A DNA stretch of 64,000 nucleotides from a virus (lineage: Duplodnaviria > Caudoviricetes), in the IMG/VR virus record IMGVR_UViG_2522125155_000001, positions 36,650 through 100,649 of that record; one strand, 5' to 3'. Within the stretch, counting starts at the first letter, position 1. Each line of letters starts with the position of its first letter. A program made the translations under genes and the position numbers. The notes beneath the pieces were generated by a model. That model saw only the letters and a program-made list of their open reading frames with translations. It was not told the DNA's origin and ran no database searches. Of this stretch, positions 36,842 through 44,857 are shown piece by piece.

Positions 36842-37014
36842 GCGACACCTGCCCGCACGTCTGGCGCGTGTCGGACTGGACCCGCAGCCCCTCCACGGGG
36901 CTGTGGGTTCATGCCGACCCCGGCTGCATGCGACCGTCGCCGTACGCCGTCCCTCGCGAGCCCACGGAGCGCCCTCGTCGCCGCGTGGTGAGGGAGTCCT
37001 CCGGCGCTAGGTGA
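36838..37014 (+). CDS. Small hypothetical protein (not in ORF track)
   Basis: GTGA coupling; 58 codons. Confidence 0.4.
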   Translation: MSDTCPHVWRVSDWTRSPSTGLWVHADPGCMRPSPYAVPREPTERPRRRVVRESSGAR

Positions 37015-37077
37015 TTCCCTCCTCGCGCGTGTCAACCGGGACAATGAGACCGATTGACACGACGAGAGGAACACCTC

Positions 37078-37488
37078 ATGAGCCGCTTCATCCACACCCT
37101 CCCAGCCCTCGGCCTCGTCGGCGCTGTCGCCGCCGGTCTCACGGGCGTCCCGCACGACGCTGGAGCCCCAGACGCCGACCCGAGGTCCCACGCGCCCTAC
37201 ACCCAGCAGGAGGCGCTCACGCGGACGTACAAGGCCGCTGACGACATGCTGAGCGCGCAGGTGCACGGCTTCGAGAAGAGCGACGGGCTGAAGTGCTACC
37301 CGCCCCTGAAGGGCCCCAAGGACGCGAACTACACCACGATGCTCGTGCGGAACCGGAAGACCACCGGTGACGGCAAGCGCCAGTTCAACACCGGCGTGGT
37401 GCGCAAGACCTCGTTCCAGCAGGGCTGGGGAGACGTGCTGGAGCGCAAGGTCGCCGACCCCGTCGCATGGTGCACACCCAAGGGGTGA
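37078..37488 (+). CDS. Secreted/membrane-anchored hypothetical protein
   Basis: GAGGA SD; signal-peptide-like N-terminus; two Cys. Confidence 0.7.
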   Translation: MSRFIHTLPALGLVGAVAAGLTGVPHDAGAPDADPRSHAPYTQQEALTRTYKAADDMLSAQVHGFEKSDGLKCYPPLKGPKDANYTTMLVRNRKTTGDGKRQFNTGVVRKTSFQQGWGDVLERKVADPVAWCTPKG

Positions 37489-37540
37489 CAACCAATTCGG
37501 CGGATGGACTTGACACCCCCATCCGCCGTCTGCGCATAAT
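37486..37540 (+). promoter_or_regulatory. Cassette promoter P6
   Basis: TGACAACCAATTCG; TTGACA 37510 within perfect 10-bp hairpin; 19 nt; CATAAT. Confidence 0.85.
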
Positions 37541-37578
37541 GGTGCCTCGCCCCCAACCGACCCATGAAGGAGTCCACC

Positions 37579-38253
37579 GTGACCGAGCAGCAGACCTACC
37601 CCACGCCCCTCGCCGACGCCGCCCGCGCCCTGCGCGAAGAGCACGACGCCAAGCGTGCCGAGTTCAAGGCCGAGCGCATCGCGGCCCTCTCCCGGAGCAT
37701 GACCAAGGAGGCGGCTGTCGACCTCGCCGTCGAGAAGTACATCGACGCCCCGCGCTCGTCGGTGTCGAAGGCCATGGCCATCGAGGAGATCGCTGACGGC
37801 GACTGGGAGGACACCCCGCTCGCGAAGCAGATGCGCAAGGCGAACGACGAGGCCCACCGCGAGTCCAAGGTCATCAGCCGCGTCGAGAACCGCGACCAGT
37901 CCGTGGAGTTCCGCCAGAAGCAGATGATGGAGGTCATGGCCAAGCCGACCCTCCGCTACAACAGCCGTGGAATCGTCGAGGCCGCGCTCGACCTGCAGAC
38001 CGCGTTCCTCGCCTCGCTGTGGTGGGAGAAGGTCGGCAACTGGATGACGCCCGAGGGTGAGGCCGAGCCGCTCAGCCCGCTGGACGCCGTTGCCCGGGTC
38101 CGTGAGGAGGCGACGACGTTCGCCCTCAACCCGCACCACAACCGCCTGCTCAGCCGCTCCACGAGCCTCGTGGCCAACATGACCGAGGACCTGCAGCGCA
38201 TCGCCGCCACGGACTTCCTCGAAGAGACCGACAGGATCGTCCGGGGCTGGTAG
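37579..38253 (+). CDS. Hypothetical helical protein
   Basis: GAAGGAG SD before GTG. Confidence 0.75.
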   Translation: MTEQQTYPTPLADAARALREEHDAKRAEFKAERIAALSRSMTKEAAVDLAVEKYIDAPRSSVSKAMAIEEIADGDWEDTPLAKQMRKANDEAHRESKVISRVENRDQSVEFRQKQMMEVMAKPTLRYNSRGIVEAALDLQTAFLASLWWEKVGNWMTPEGEAEPLSPLDAVARVREEATTFALNPHHNRLLSRSTSLVANMTEDLQRIAATDFLEETDRIVRGW

Positions 38254-38260
38254 CCCTCAG

Positions 38261-38307
38261 CCCTCGCCCCGACGTAGGTCGGCACCGGTGTCACGGCCGA
38301 GCGAGGG
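38261..38307 (+). ncRNA. Three-way-junction structured element, copy 1
   Basis: 39-nt core identical at 40567-40605; closing stem shows compensatory change. Confidence 0.6.
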
Positions 38308-38347
38308 TACGCAGACCCAACAACCCGACCCGAGAAGGAGTCTCACC

Positions 38348-38716
38348 ATGTCCGCCAAGAACCTCACCGACCAGCAGGCCCTCGACAACGCCCGCACCCT
38401 CGTCGACAACCTCCGCACCATCCGGCGGGACATGCTCCGCCGTCTCGACGACTTCACCCTCTACGTCGAGATGATCGCGGAGGACGTGGAGAAGGCTCAG
38501 CAGGGCGCAGAGGACGCGCGGAACATGCGCGTCTACTCCGCCACCAACTTCATCCGCCGGACCATGGAGAAGGTCGACGACATCACCAACATGCCCACCG
38601 GTGGCACCGACGCGATGCACGTGCGGGAGTTCCGCCACAACGCCTACGAGGCGCTCTCCGGCGAGGCCCTCGAACTGCCCTTCCGCCTCACCCGCGCTGG
38701 TGGCCACGAGGGCTGA
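38348..38716 (+). CDS. Hypothetical protein
   Basis: GAAGGAG SD. Confidence 0.75.
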   Translation: MSAKNLTDQQALDNARTLVDNLRTIRRDMLRRLDDFTLYVEMIAEDVEKAQQGAEDARNMRVYSATNFIRRTMEKVDDITNMPTGGTDAMHVREFRHNAYEALSGEALELPFRLTRAGGHEG

Positions 38717-38768
38717 CAACCACTTCGCGCGTTCGACTTGACGCGAGCCCCCAGCGTCTGCGCATAAT
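38714..38768 (+). promoter_or_regulatory. Cassette promoter P7
   Basis: TGACAACCACTTCG; TTGACG 38738; 19 nt; CATAAT. Confidence 0.85.
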
Positions 38769-38806
38769 GGGGGCACACACCGACCCGGCCCACGAAGGAG
38801 CCCCGC

Positions 38807-39724
38807 ATGAACCTCACCACCGCCACCCCCGTCGAGATCGACACCGAGATCGCCCGCATCTGGGACGCGCGGGCCACCCTCGGCGCGACGGTCGCCCACC
38901 TCACCAACTCGCTGCACCGCGCGGCCAAGGACGAGCAGGTGCGCGTCCACACCGGCCGCTGGGGCTCCTACAAGACGCGCTGGGGCATGGACCTCGACGC
39001 CGCCATCGAGCGCGTCGAGGAGATCGCTGCGGGCGACGGCGAGGTCTGGGAGGTCCGCGCTGCTGTCAAGGCCCTCGACGAGTGGAACGCCGCCATGGCG
39101 CAGGCGACAGCGCTGAAGGCCGAGGAGGCCCCGCTGCACGCCGAGTTCAAGCGCCGTGGCGGCTGGACCCGCGCCTTCCTCGCGACGTCGTCCAACGGCC
39201 ACATCCACTCCAGCCGCGAGTGCTCGACCTGCTACGAGACCACCCAGTTCTTCTGGTTCGTCGACCTCTCGGGCCACGACGAGGCCGAGATCGTCACCAA
39301 GGCTGGCAGCGACGCTTGCACGGTCTGCTACCCGTCCGCCCCGGTCAACGACCTGAAGCGCCCCCGCTCGATCTTCAGCGACGACGAGAAGGCCGCGCAG
39401 GCTGCTCGCGAGGAGCGCGCTGCTGCCAAGGCTGCCAAGGACGCCCTGAAGGTGACGGTCGAGGGCATGGGCCAGAACTACCGGGACGGCGTCCACCGCC
39501 CGAAGACCTACAACACCGAGCGCGCCGTCGAACTGGAGATCAGCAGCAACCTCACGTCGCTCACGCGCTCCCCGAACCACCCGTGGGCTGCCCAGTGGAA
39601 GACCAACGTCCAGAACTGCGCGCAGGCCCTCGCAGACCGCCGTGGGACGACCGTGGAGGCCATCGTGGAGCCGATCAAGGCCCGCGTCGAGAAGAAGGTC
39701 GCCAAGGAGAACAGCGGCTGGTGA
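38807..39724 (+). CDS. Hypothetical protein with Zn-binding motif
   Basis: GWTRAFL...GHIHSS.ECSTC...ACTVCYPSAP. Confidence 0.8.
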   Translation: MNLTTATPVEIDTEIARIWDARATLGATVAHLTNSLHRAAKDEQVRVHTGRWGSYKTRWGMDLDAAIERVEEIAAGDGEVWEVRAAVKALDEWNAAMAQATALKAEEAPLHAEFKRRGGWTRAFLATSSNGHIHSSRECSTCYETTQFFWFVDLSGHDEAEIVTKAGSDACTVCYPSAPVNDLKRPRSIFSDDEKAAQAAREERAAAKAAKDALKVTVEGMGQNYRDGVHRPKTYNTERAVELEISSNLTSLTRSPNHPWAAQWKTNVQNCAQALADRRGTTVEAIVEPIKARVEKKVAKENSGW

Positions 39725-39775
39725 CAAGCACTTCGGTGGGGCGGCTTGACGGTCGCCCCACCGAGGCCTCATACT
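39722..39775 (+). promoter_or_regulatory. Cassette promoter P8
   Basis: TGACAAGCACTTCG; TTGACG 39746 is the loop of a 13-bp stem; 18 nt; CATACT. Confidence 0.85.
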
Positions 39776-39809
39776 CGGAGCACCCACCCGGCCCACGAAG
39801 GAGCCTCCA

Positions 39810-40088
39810 GTGCGACCCAGCAGCATGAAGAACCACGTCGGCGAGACCAGCGCCTTCCGCGCCACGAAGCGCACCACGCGCATCCACGAGGCCCACGCCC
39901 TCATCGCCGAGCGCACGGCCGAGATCGAGGCCCTGCTGGCCGCTCTGGACGTCGAGCCGGACCGGAAGGCCCGCCGGGTGCTGACGCTCCGTCTGCAGGG
40001 CACACGCCGCAACCTCGCGTCGTGGGAGGCCTACGTGGCCAAGGGCAGCGAGCGCGAGGGTCGGGCGGTCATGGGCAGGGCTGCCTGA
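39810..40088 (+). CDS. Hypothetical basic protein
   Basis: GAAGGAG SD before GTG. Confidence 0.7.
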   Translation: MRPSSMKNHVGETSAFRATKRTTRIHEAHALIAERTAEIEALLAALDVEPDRKARRVLTLRLQGTRRNLASWEAYVAKGSEREGRAVMGRAA

Positions 40089-40096
40089 CGACACGC

Positions 40097-40151
40097 CGAC
40101 AACCACTTCGGCTGAATGAGTTGACAGCCCCCCACATCGTCTGCGCATAAT
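40097..40151 (+). promoter_or_regulatory. Cassette promoter P9
   Basis: CGACAACCACTTCG; TTGACA 40121; 19 nt; CATAAT. Confidence 0.85.
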
Positions 40152-40190
40152 GGACCCACACCAACCGACCGGCCCACGAAGGAGCCCCAC

Positions 40191-40553
40191 ATGAACCACA
40201 ACTACGCCACCCACACCACCGCCCTCCCGCGCGCTGCCGCTGACGACGCCCCCCAGTACAACGCGGTCTCGTGGGCCTTCGCCAAGGGCCGCAAGGAGAT
40301 CACCAAGGCGGGCCTCCCCATCACGGCCGGGCTCGTGCTCGTCGCCTTCGCCCAGCACGCCGAGGCCGCGCTCGCCTCGCCTGAGGGCTACGACCAGACG
40401 CAGTTCACCGACATGACGGCCCTCACCGGCCTGAGCATCTCGACGATCCGCACCCACGCGAAGTCGCTCGCCCGGCTCGGTCTCCTGCGCGAGCGGTCCT
40501 TCGGCTACCGCCTCCCGGAGGTCGCCTTCAACGCGGAGTGGCTCGCTTCCTGA
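40191..40553 (+). CDS. Winged-HTH DNA-binding protein
   Basis: FTDMTALTGLSISTIRTHAKSLARLGLL. Confidence 0.75.
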   Translation: MNHNYATHTTALPRAAADDAPQYNAVSWAFAKGRKEITKAGLPITAGLVLVAFAQHAEAALASPEGYDQTQFTDMTALTGLSISTIRTHAKSLARLGLLRERSFGYRLPEVAFNAEWLAS

Positions 40554-40561
40554 GCCCCACC

Positions 40562-40611
40562 GCCCCCGCCCCGACGTAGGTCGGCACCGGTGTCACGGCC
40601 GAGCGGGAGGC
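40562..40611 (+). ncRNA. Three-way-junction structured element, copy 2
   Basis: Matches 38261-38307. Confidence 0.6.
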
Positions 40612-40651
40612 ACTCAGTCCCAACCAAACCCGACCCATGAAGGAGTCACAC

Positions 40652-40969
40652 ATGTTCCTCTCCGTCCCCGCCATCTCCGCCCCCACTGCCGCCGGTCGCA
40701 ACGAGCGCCGTATGGCCGAGGTCCGCCAGAGCATCGACGACGCGCTGGCTCAGGCCAACGCCCTCGCCGACATCATCCGGGATGTGCGCCTCGACCTCGC
40801 GGCCAACGCGGACGCTCTCGTCGCCGACATGGACGAGCGTCGTGGCCCGGTCAACATGACCCAGCACTTCGCCAACAAGGCCGACGACGTGAACCGGCAG
40901 ATTCTGAAGGTTCAGGAGGACATGCTCCGCGTCCTCGCCCTCGCCGCTGGCTTCGAGGTCACGGCCTGA
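40652..40969 (+). CDS. Hypothetical coiled-coil protein
   Basis: GAAGGAG SD. Confidence 0.72.
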   Translation: MFLSVPAISAPTAAGRNERRMAEVRQSIDDALAQANALADIIRDVRLDLAANADALVADMDERRGPVNMTQHFANKADDVNRQILKVQEDMLRVLALAAGFEVTA

Positions 40970-41226
40970 TGGGCGCGTTCCGGATCACCTTCAACGTCAT
41001 GGTCGACGACCGCGAGAAGGCCCGTGACGCCGCCACGCACGCCATGCACGAGGCGGGCGAGGAGATCGAGATCGTCCGCTTCGGAACCCCGCGTCTGGCC
41101 CCCTCGGTCTACGGCGTGACCCTCTGGTTCCGCGCAGCCGACGCCAACGTCGCGGCCGACTACCTGAAGCGCCTCCAGCGCCTCCCCGGGCAGCCCCCGA
41201 GCGACGCCTACACCCTGCACCTCTGA
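40969..41226 (+). CDS. Hypothetical protein
   Basis: TGATG coupling. Confidence 0.7.
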   Translation: MGAFRITFNVMVDDREKARDAATHAMHEAGEEIEIVRFGTPRLAPSVYGVTLWFRAADANVAADYLKRLQRLPGQPPSDAYTLHL

Positions 41227-41375
41227 GCCACCCCGACGCCCGTTTGGACCACGGCACAACGGCCTACAGGGCCACCTCGCACGACACACCGGCTACCGAG
41301 CACCAAGAGGATCTCGGGCAGGTGGGAGGGCGTCACAGACCCGCACACACAACCGACCCCCAGAAGGAGATCACC

Positions 41376-41783
41376 ATGTCCCAGTTCCCCACCCAGCACT
41401 TCACCCCGACGAGCACGCAGGACAGCGCGAACGCGTGGGACCGCCTCGCCGACGGCGTCATCGGCCACGTCGGCACCACCACGACGCCGGAGCGCGCGCG
41501 TGCGGCCTTCTCCGCCCTCGACGAGGACGACAAGCGCCTGCTGCTCCACATCCTCAACAACGTGCCCGCGATGAAGACCCAGCACCTCAGCACGGCCCTC
41601 AGGTCGACCATGCAGCACACCTCCCGGCCCCACGCCGTCGCGTGGAAGGACGAGGTCGCCATCGCTGCCCAGCGGCTGCAGGACGCCCTCACGCTGGTGC
41701 CGAGCAACGTGGCCCACTACGCCGTCGAGCAGGCCCGCCCGCTGCTCCGTGTGCTCGCCAAGATCAACCTCCCGGGAGCCTGA
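41376..41783 (+). CDS. Hypothetical protein
   Basis: GAAGGAG SD. Confidence 0.72.
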   Translation: MSQFPTQHFTPTSTQDSANAWDRLADGVIGHVGTTTTPERARAAFSALDEDDKRLLLHILNNVPAMKTQHLSTALRSTMQHTSRPHAVAWKDEVAIAAQRLQDALTLVPSNVAHYAVEQARPLLRVLAKINLPGA

Positions 41784-41972
41784 GTGGAGACGCCCACCTT
41801 CCGCACCTCGTGCAAGGGCTGCTCGGCAGCAGCGTCCGGGCTCTTCGAGCAGACCGTCCCATGGTGGGTCGAGAACCACGCCGCCGTCGCTCACCCGCAC
41901 TGGGACCCCCGGGTCGTCGAGCGCAACGTGACGGTCGAGCGCGACACGCTGACAACCAGTTCGCGCGTTTGA
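41784..41972 (+). CDS. Small CxxC/His protein
   Basis: GGAG SD; CKGC...H....H. Confidence 0.55.
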   Translation: METPTFRTSCKGCSAAASGLFEQTVPWWVENHAAVAHPHWDPRVVERNVTVERDTLTTSSRV

Positions 41973-42003
41973 GTTGACGGGTGGTGGGGCCAGACCCCAT
42001 ACT
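41950..42003 (+). promoter_or_regulatory. Cassette promoter P10
   Basis: TGACAACCAGTTCG; TTGACG 41974; 18 nt; CATACT overlapping loop of 15-bp stem. Confidence 0.85.
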
Positions 42004-42041
42004 GGTCTCACCACCCCAACCGGCCCACGAAGGAGCCCCAG

Positions 42042-43193
42042 ATGAGCATTCGCCTCACGCACGCAGAGTTCGCCGCCACGCAGGACAAGGTCGCCAAGAT
42101 CAACACCCGCGCCGCCAAGCGTGGCTTCACCGGCCGCTTCGAGGTCGTCGGCACGCCCGTCACGGTCACGAAGGTCGACGAGTCCACCGGCTTCGAGATC
42201 CGCCTCGCCTACATGGAGACCACCATCACGGGCGAGGCCCCCAAGTACAACGGCTGGACCTTCCTCGCCACGCTCGACTGGGACAGCGTCGCCGACGGCC
42301 TCATCGTCCGCGCCTTCTCGGAGGACGTGCAGGTCGACCGCGACGCGCTCGTCAAGGGCCACTGCGACCACTGTGGCGTCCAGCGCTACCGGAAGAACAC
42401 CTACGTCGTCGTCAACGAGGCGGGCGAGCAGAAGCAGGTCGGCTCCTCGTGCATCAAGGACTTCCTCGGCCACGACGCCACCGTCGTCTTCATCACCTCC
42501 AGCGAGGTCTCCGAGGACGCCATGGGCGGCGGCTCGTTCGGTGACCCGGTCGCCGACACGCTGAACGTCCTCGCCATCGCGTGGGCAGCCACCCGCGCCT
42601 TCGGCTACGTCCCCGCCTCGGCCTTCTCCGGCTCCACCAAGGAGGTCGTCTCCGGCATCCTCTGGGGTCGCTCGAAGATGGACAACGAGGCCCGTGCCGC
42701 CATCACGGAGTACGTCGAGGGCTCGGACGCCGCTGCCGTCGAGGTGCGCGACTTCATCCTCTCCGACGCCTTCTCCGGCACCAGCGACTACGTCCTCAAC
42801 CTGAAGGCCATCGTGGGCTCCGAGACGGTCACGCCGAAGAACATCGGCTTCCTCGTCTCCGCTCCGCAGGCCTTCGCCCGGGCCATGGAGAAGACGCTCA
42901 TCCGCGAGCGCGAGAAGGACGCCACGGCTGACAGCGTCCACGTCGGCACGGTCGGCGACAAGGTCGAGATCGAGGCCACCATCACGCGCATCAACTTCAT
43001 CGAGTCCAACTGGGGCGTCACGGTGCTCTACACCCTCCTCGCCACGGACGGGAACGTCTACAAGTGGTTCGCCTCCCGCGAGGCCCTCGGCGAGAAGCAG
43101 GGCGTCGAGGTGAAGGTCAAGGGCACGATCAAGGACCACGACGAGTACAACGGCACCAAGAGCACGGTGCTCACCCGCTGCAAGGCCCTCTGA
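42042..43193 (+). CDS. Hypothetical protein with Zn motif and C-terminal OB-fold-like domain
   Basis: CDHCG..RYR..TYVV...QVGSSCIKDF; HVGTVGDK...KGTIK.H.EY.G.K.TVLTRCK. Confidence 0.8.
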   Translation: MSIRLTHAEFAATQDKVAKINTRAAKRGFTGRFEVVGTPVTVTKVDESTGFEIRLAYMETTITGEAPKYNGWTFLATLDWDSVADGLIVRAFSEDVQVDRDALVKGHCDHCGVQRYRKNTYVVVNEAGEQKQVGSSCIKDFLGHDATVVFITSSEVSEDAMGGGSFGDPVADTLNVLAIAWAATRAFGYVPASAFSGSTKEVVSGILWGRSKMDNEARAAITEYVEGSDAAAVEVRDFILSDAFSGTSDYVLNLKAIVGSETVTPKNIGFLVSAPQAFARAMEKTLIREREKDATADSVHVGTVGDKVEIEATITRINFIESNWGVTVLYTLLATDGNVYKWFASREALGEKQGVEVKVKGTIKDHDEYNGTKSTVLTRCKAL

Positions 43194-43207
43194 GCCCACA
43201 GAACGAC

Positions 43208-43233
43208 CCGGGAGGGGCTCCGGCCCCTCCCGG
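43208..43233 (+). terminator. GC-rich hairpin
   Basis: CCGGGAGGGGC-tccg-GCCCCTCCCGG perfect 11-bp stem after stop. Confidence 0.6.
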
Positions 43234-43276
43234 CCTCTCACAGCCCCGTACACAGCCCACGAAGGAGCACACAGCC

Positions 43277-43531
43277 ATGAACGAGCACCTCACCGAGCAG
43301 ACCGTGAAGACCCTGCTGGCCAAGCGCCTCCTGCGCCACAGCAAGCGCTGCGACGAGACGCGCGAGAGCCTGAAGCACGCCTACAGCCCCGAGGACATCT
43401 ACCAGCACAGCCGCCGTCTCTCCGAACGCCTCTCGGCCATCGACGAACTGCAGGAGGTGTGGGAGCGCCTCTTCGGCAACACCCCCACCCTCGCCGAGGT
43501 CCACCAGCACGCCACCCACGAGGAGAACTGA
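43277..43531 (+). CDS. Hypothetical protein
   Basis: CCCACGAAGGAG leader. Confidence 0.72.
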   Translation: MNEHLTEQTVKTLLAKRLLRHSKRCDETRESLKHAYSPEDIYQHSRRLSERLSAIDELQEVWERLFGNTPTLAEVHQHATHEEN

Positions 43532-43532
43532 C

Positions 43533-43817
43533 ATGCAGCCCCACGAGATCGCCGACGCCGCTGACAAGGCCCGCGTCTACCCCGGACCCAAGGACCGCGA
43601 GGCGATGGCCGCGTACCGCCAGCAGGGGTACGACATCCGCGACCAGTTCTCGGCCGACCTCTCCCGCGAGTACCTGCCGAACGAAGCCCGCCACGCCGCC
43701 ACGAAGATCTTCGACAAGGCGTGGAGCGACGGCCACAGCGAGGGCTACCACCGGGTCGAGGAGATCTACGAGGAGATCGCGGACATCGTCCGTGTCGTGG
43801 TCGACGGGCTGCGCTGA
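43533..43817 (+). CDS. Hypothetical protein
   Basis: GAGGAG SD; AW..GHS.GY pattern. Confidence 0.72.
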   Translation: MQPHEIADAADKARVYPGPKDREAMAAYRQQGYDIRDQFSADLSREYLPNEARHAATKIFDKAWSDGHSEGYHRVEEIYEEIADIVRVVVDGLR

Positions 43818-43868
43818 CAACCACTTCGGCGGTTCGGCTTGACGCGCCATGGGTCTAGGCCCCACACT
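43815..43868 (+). promoter_or_regulatory. Cassette promoter P11 (drives leaderless gene)
   Basis: TGACAACCACTTCG; TTGACG 43839; 18 nt; CACACT; ATG at +7 within 13-bp stem. Confidence 0.85.
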
Positions 43869-43874
43869 GGACCC

Positions 43875-44105
43875 ATGGCCACCAACAGCACCCACTCCGT
43901 CCGCATCTCCCGCATGAGCATCGAGCCCGGCATGAAGATCAGCCTCCCCGAGTACGACGTCCGCCCGTACGTCGTCACCGTCGGAAGCGTCGAGCACACC
44001 GCCGACAGCACCCGGATCGTCGCGGCCCGGTCCGGCGTCATCATCAACCTCAAGCCCGGCGAGCCCGTCGAGGTGTTCCCGAAGCCCGGCGAGATCTGGG
44101 CCTGA
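43875..44105 (+). CDS. Hypothetical beta-rich protein, leaderless
   Basis: ATG at predicted TSS of P11. Confidence 0.7.
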   Translation: MATNSTHSVRISRMSIEPGMKISLPEYDVRPYVVTVGSVEHTADSTRIVAARSGVIINLKPGEPVEVFPKPGEIWA

Positions 44106-44155
44106 ACGCCACCACTCCCACCACCCACCAACCCGCCCGAGAAGGAGCACACACC

Positions 44156-44533
44156 ATGGGACACAGCACCGCATCCGACGCCGCCAACCTCGCCCGCGTC
44201 GGCGACATCAGCCTCCAGCGCGCTGTCGCGATGAACCTGCAGAGCAACCACTACCCGCCCATCCCGACCGCCTACGTCGAACCGGTCACCGAGGCCATCG
44301 CAGCCGCGCAGGACGACGACGCTGACCGGCTCATCTGCATCAACGGCGTCGAGAGCACGGGCATGCTGCCCCGGCAGGCGGAGACGGACGAGGACGGCAT
44401 CATCACCGTCCCGGCGCGCGTGCTGCTGGACATCACGCACTCGTGGGTCTTCGTCGAGCAGGACGACGAGCCCTACGGCGACGAGGACGAGGACTGGGAC
44501 CTCGACGGCCCGGCGCACGTGCGGGAGGCCTGA
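44156..44533 (+). CDS. Hypothetical acidic protein
   Basis: GAAGGAG SD; LQSNHYPPIP motif. Confidence 0.75.
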   Translation: MGHSTASDAANLARVGDISLQRAVAMNLQSNHYPPIPTAYVEPVTEAIAAAQDDDADRLICINGVESTGMLPRQAETDEDGIITVPARVLLDITHSWVFVEQDDEPYGDEDEDWDLDGPAHVREA

Positions 44534-44534
44534 G

Positions 44535-44855
44535 ATGACGCGCATGGTGATCGGCGACGACCTCTCCCCCCACTTCATCGACGACGGCCCTCAGCGTGAC
44601 CGCTGCGACTTCTGTGGCCGCGTCGCCGTCGACCACGACTACGGCATGGTCATCGAGGGCCCCACCGGCCGCAGCAGCGAGGACGACGAGGGGCAGGACG
44701 GCTGGGGCCACGTCCACTGCATCGAGCAGGCCGGGCTCACCGTCGTCCACACCGACGACTGGTCCGGCAAGGACGATGGGATCCACTACGAGGATGTCCG
44801 CGAGGTCGAGCCCGACTTCGACTACGACGAGTTCTACGGCCGGAAGGGGCGCTGA
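44535..44855 (+). CDS. Hypothetical acidic protein with CxxC
   Basis: GGAGG SD; CDFCG...HVHC. Confidence 0.7.
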   Translation: MTRMVIGDDLSPHFIDDGPQRDRCDFCGRVAVDHDYGMVIEGPTGRSSEDDEGQDGWGHVHCIEQAGLTVVHTDDWSGKDDGIHYEDVREVEPDFDYDEFYGRKGR

Positions 44856-44857
44856 CC

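Noticed and set aside
32659-43868. Repeats as a CRISPR array, given the Cas4-like gene
   Set aside because: Repeats are separated by whole genes of variable length and contain promoter hexamers; no cas1/cas2; the Cas4-like gene sits in a normal recombination block.
32659-43868. Classical integron
   Set aside because: No tyrosine recombinase in the window and no RYYYAAC/GTTRRRY attC ends; the attC comparison is only an analogy.
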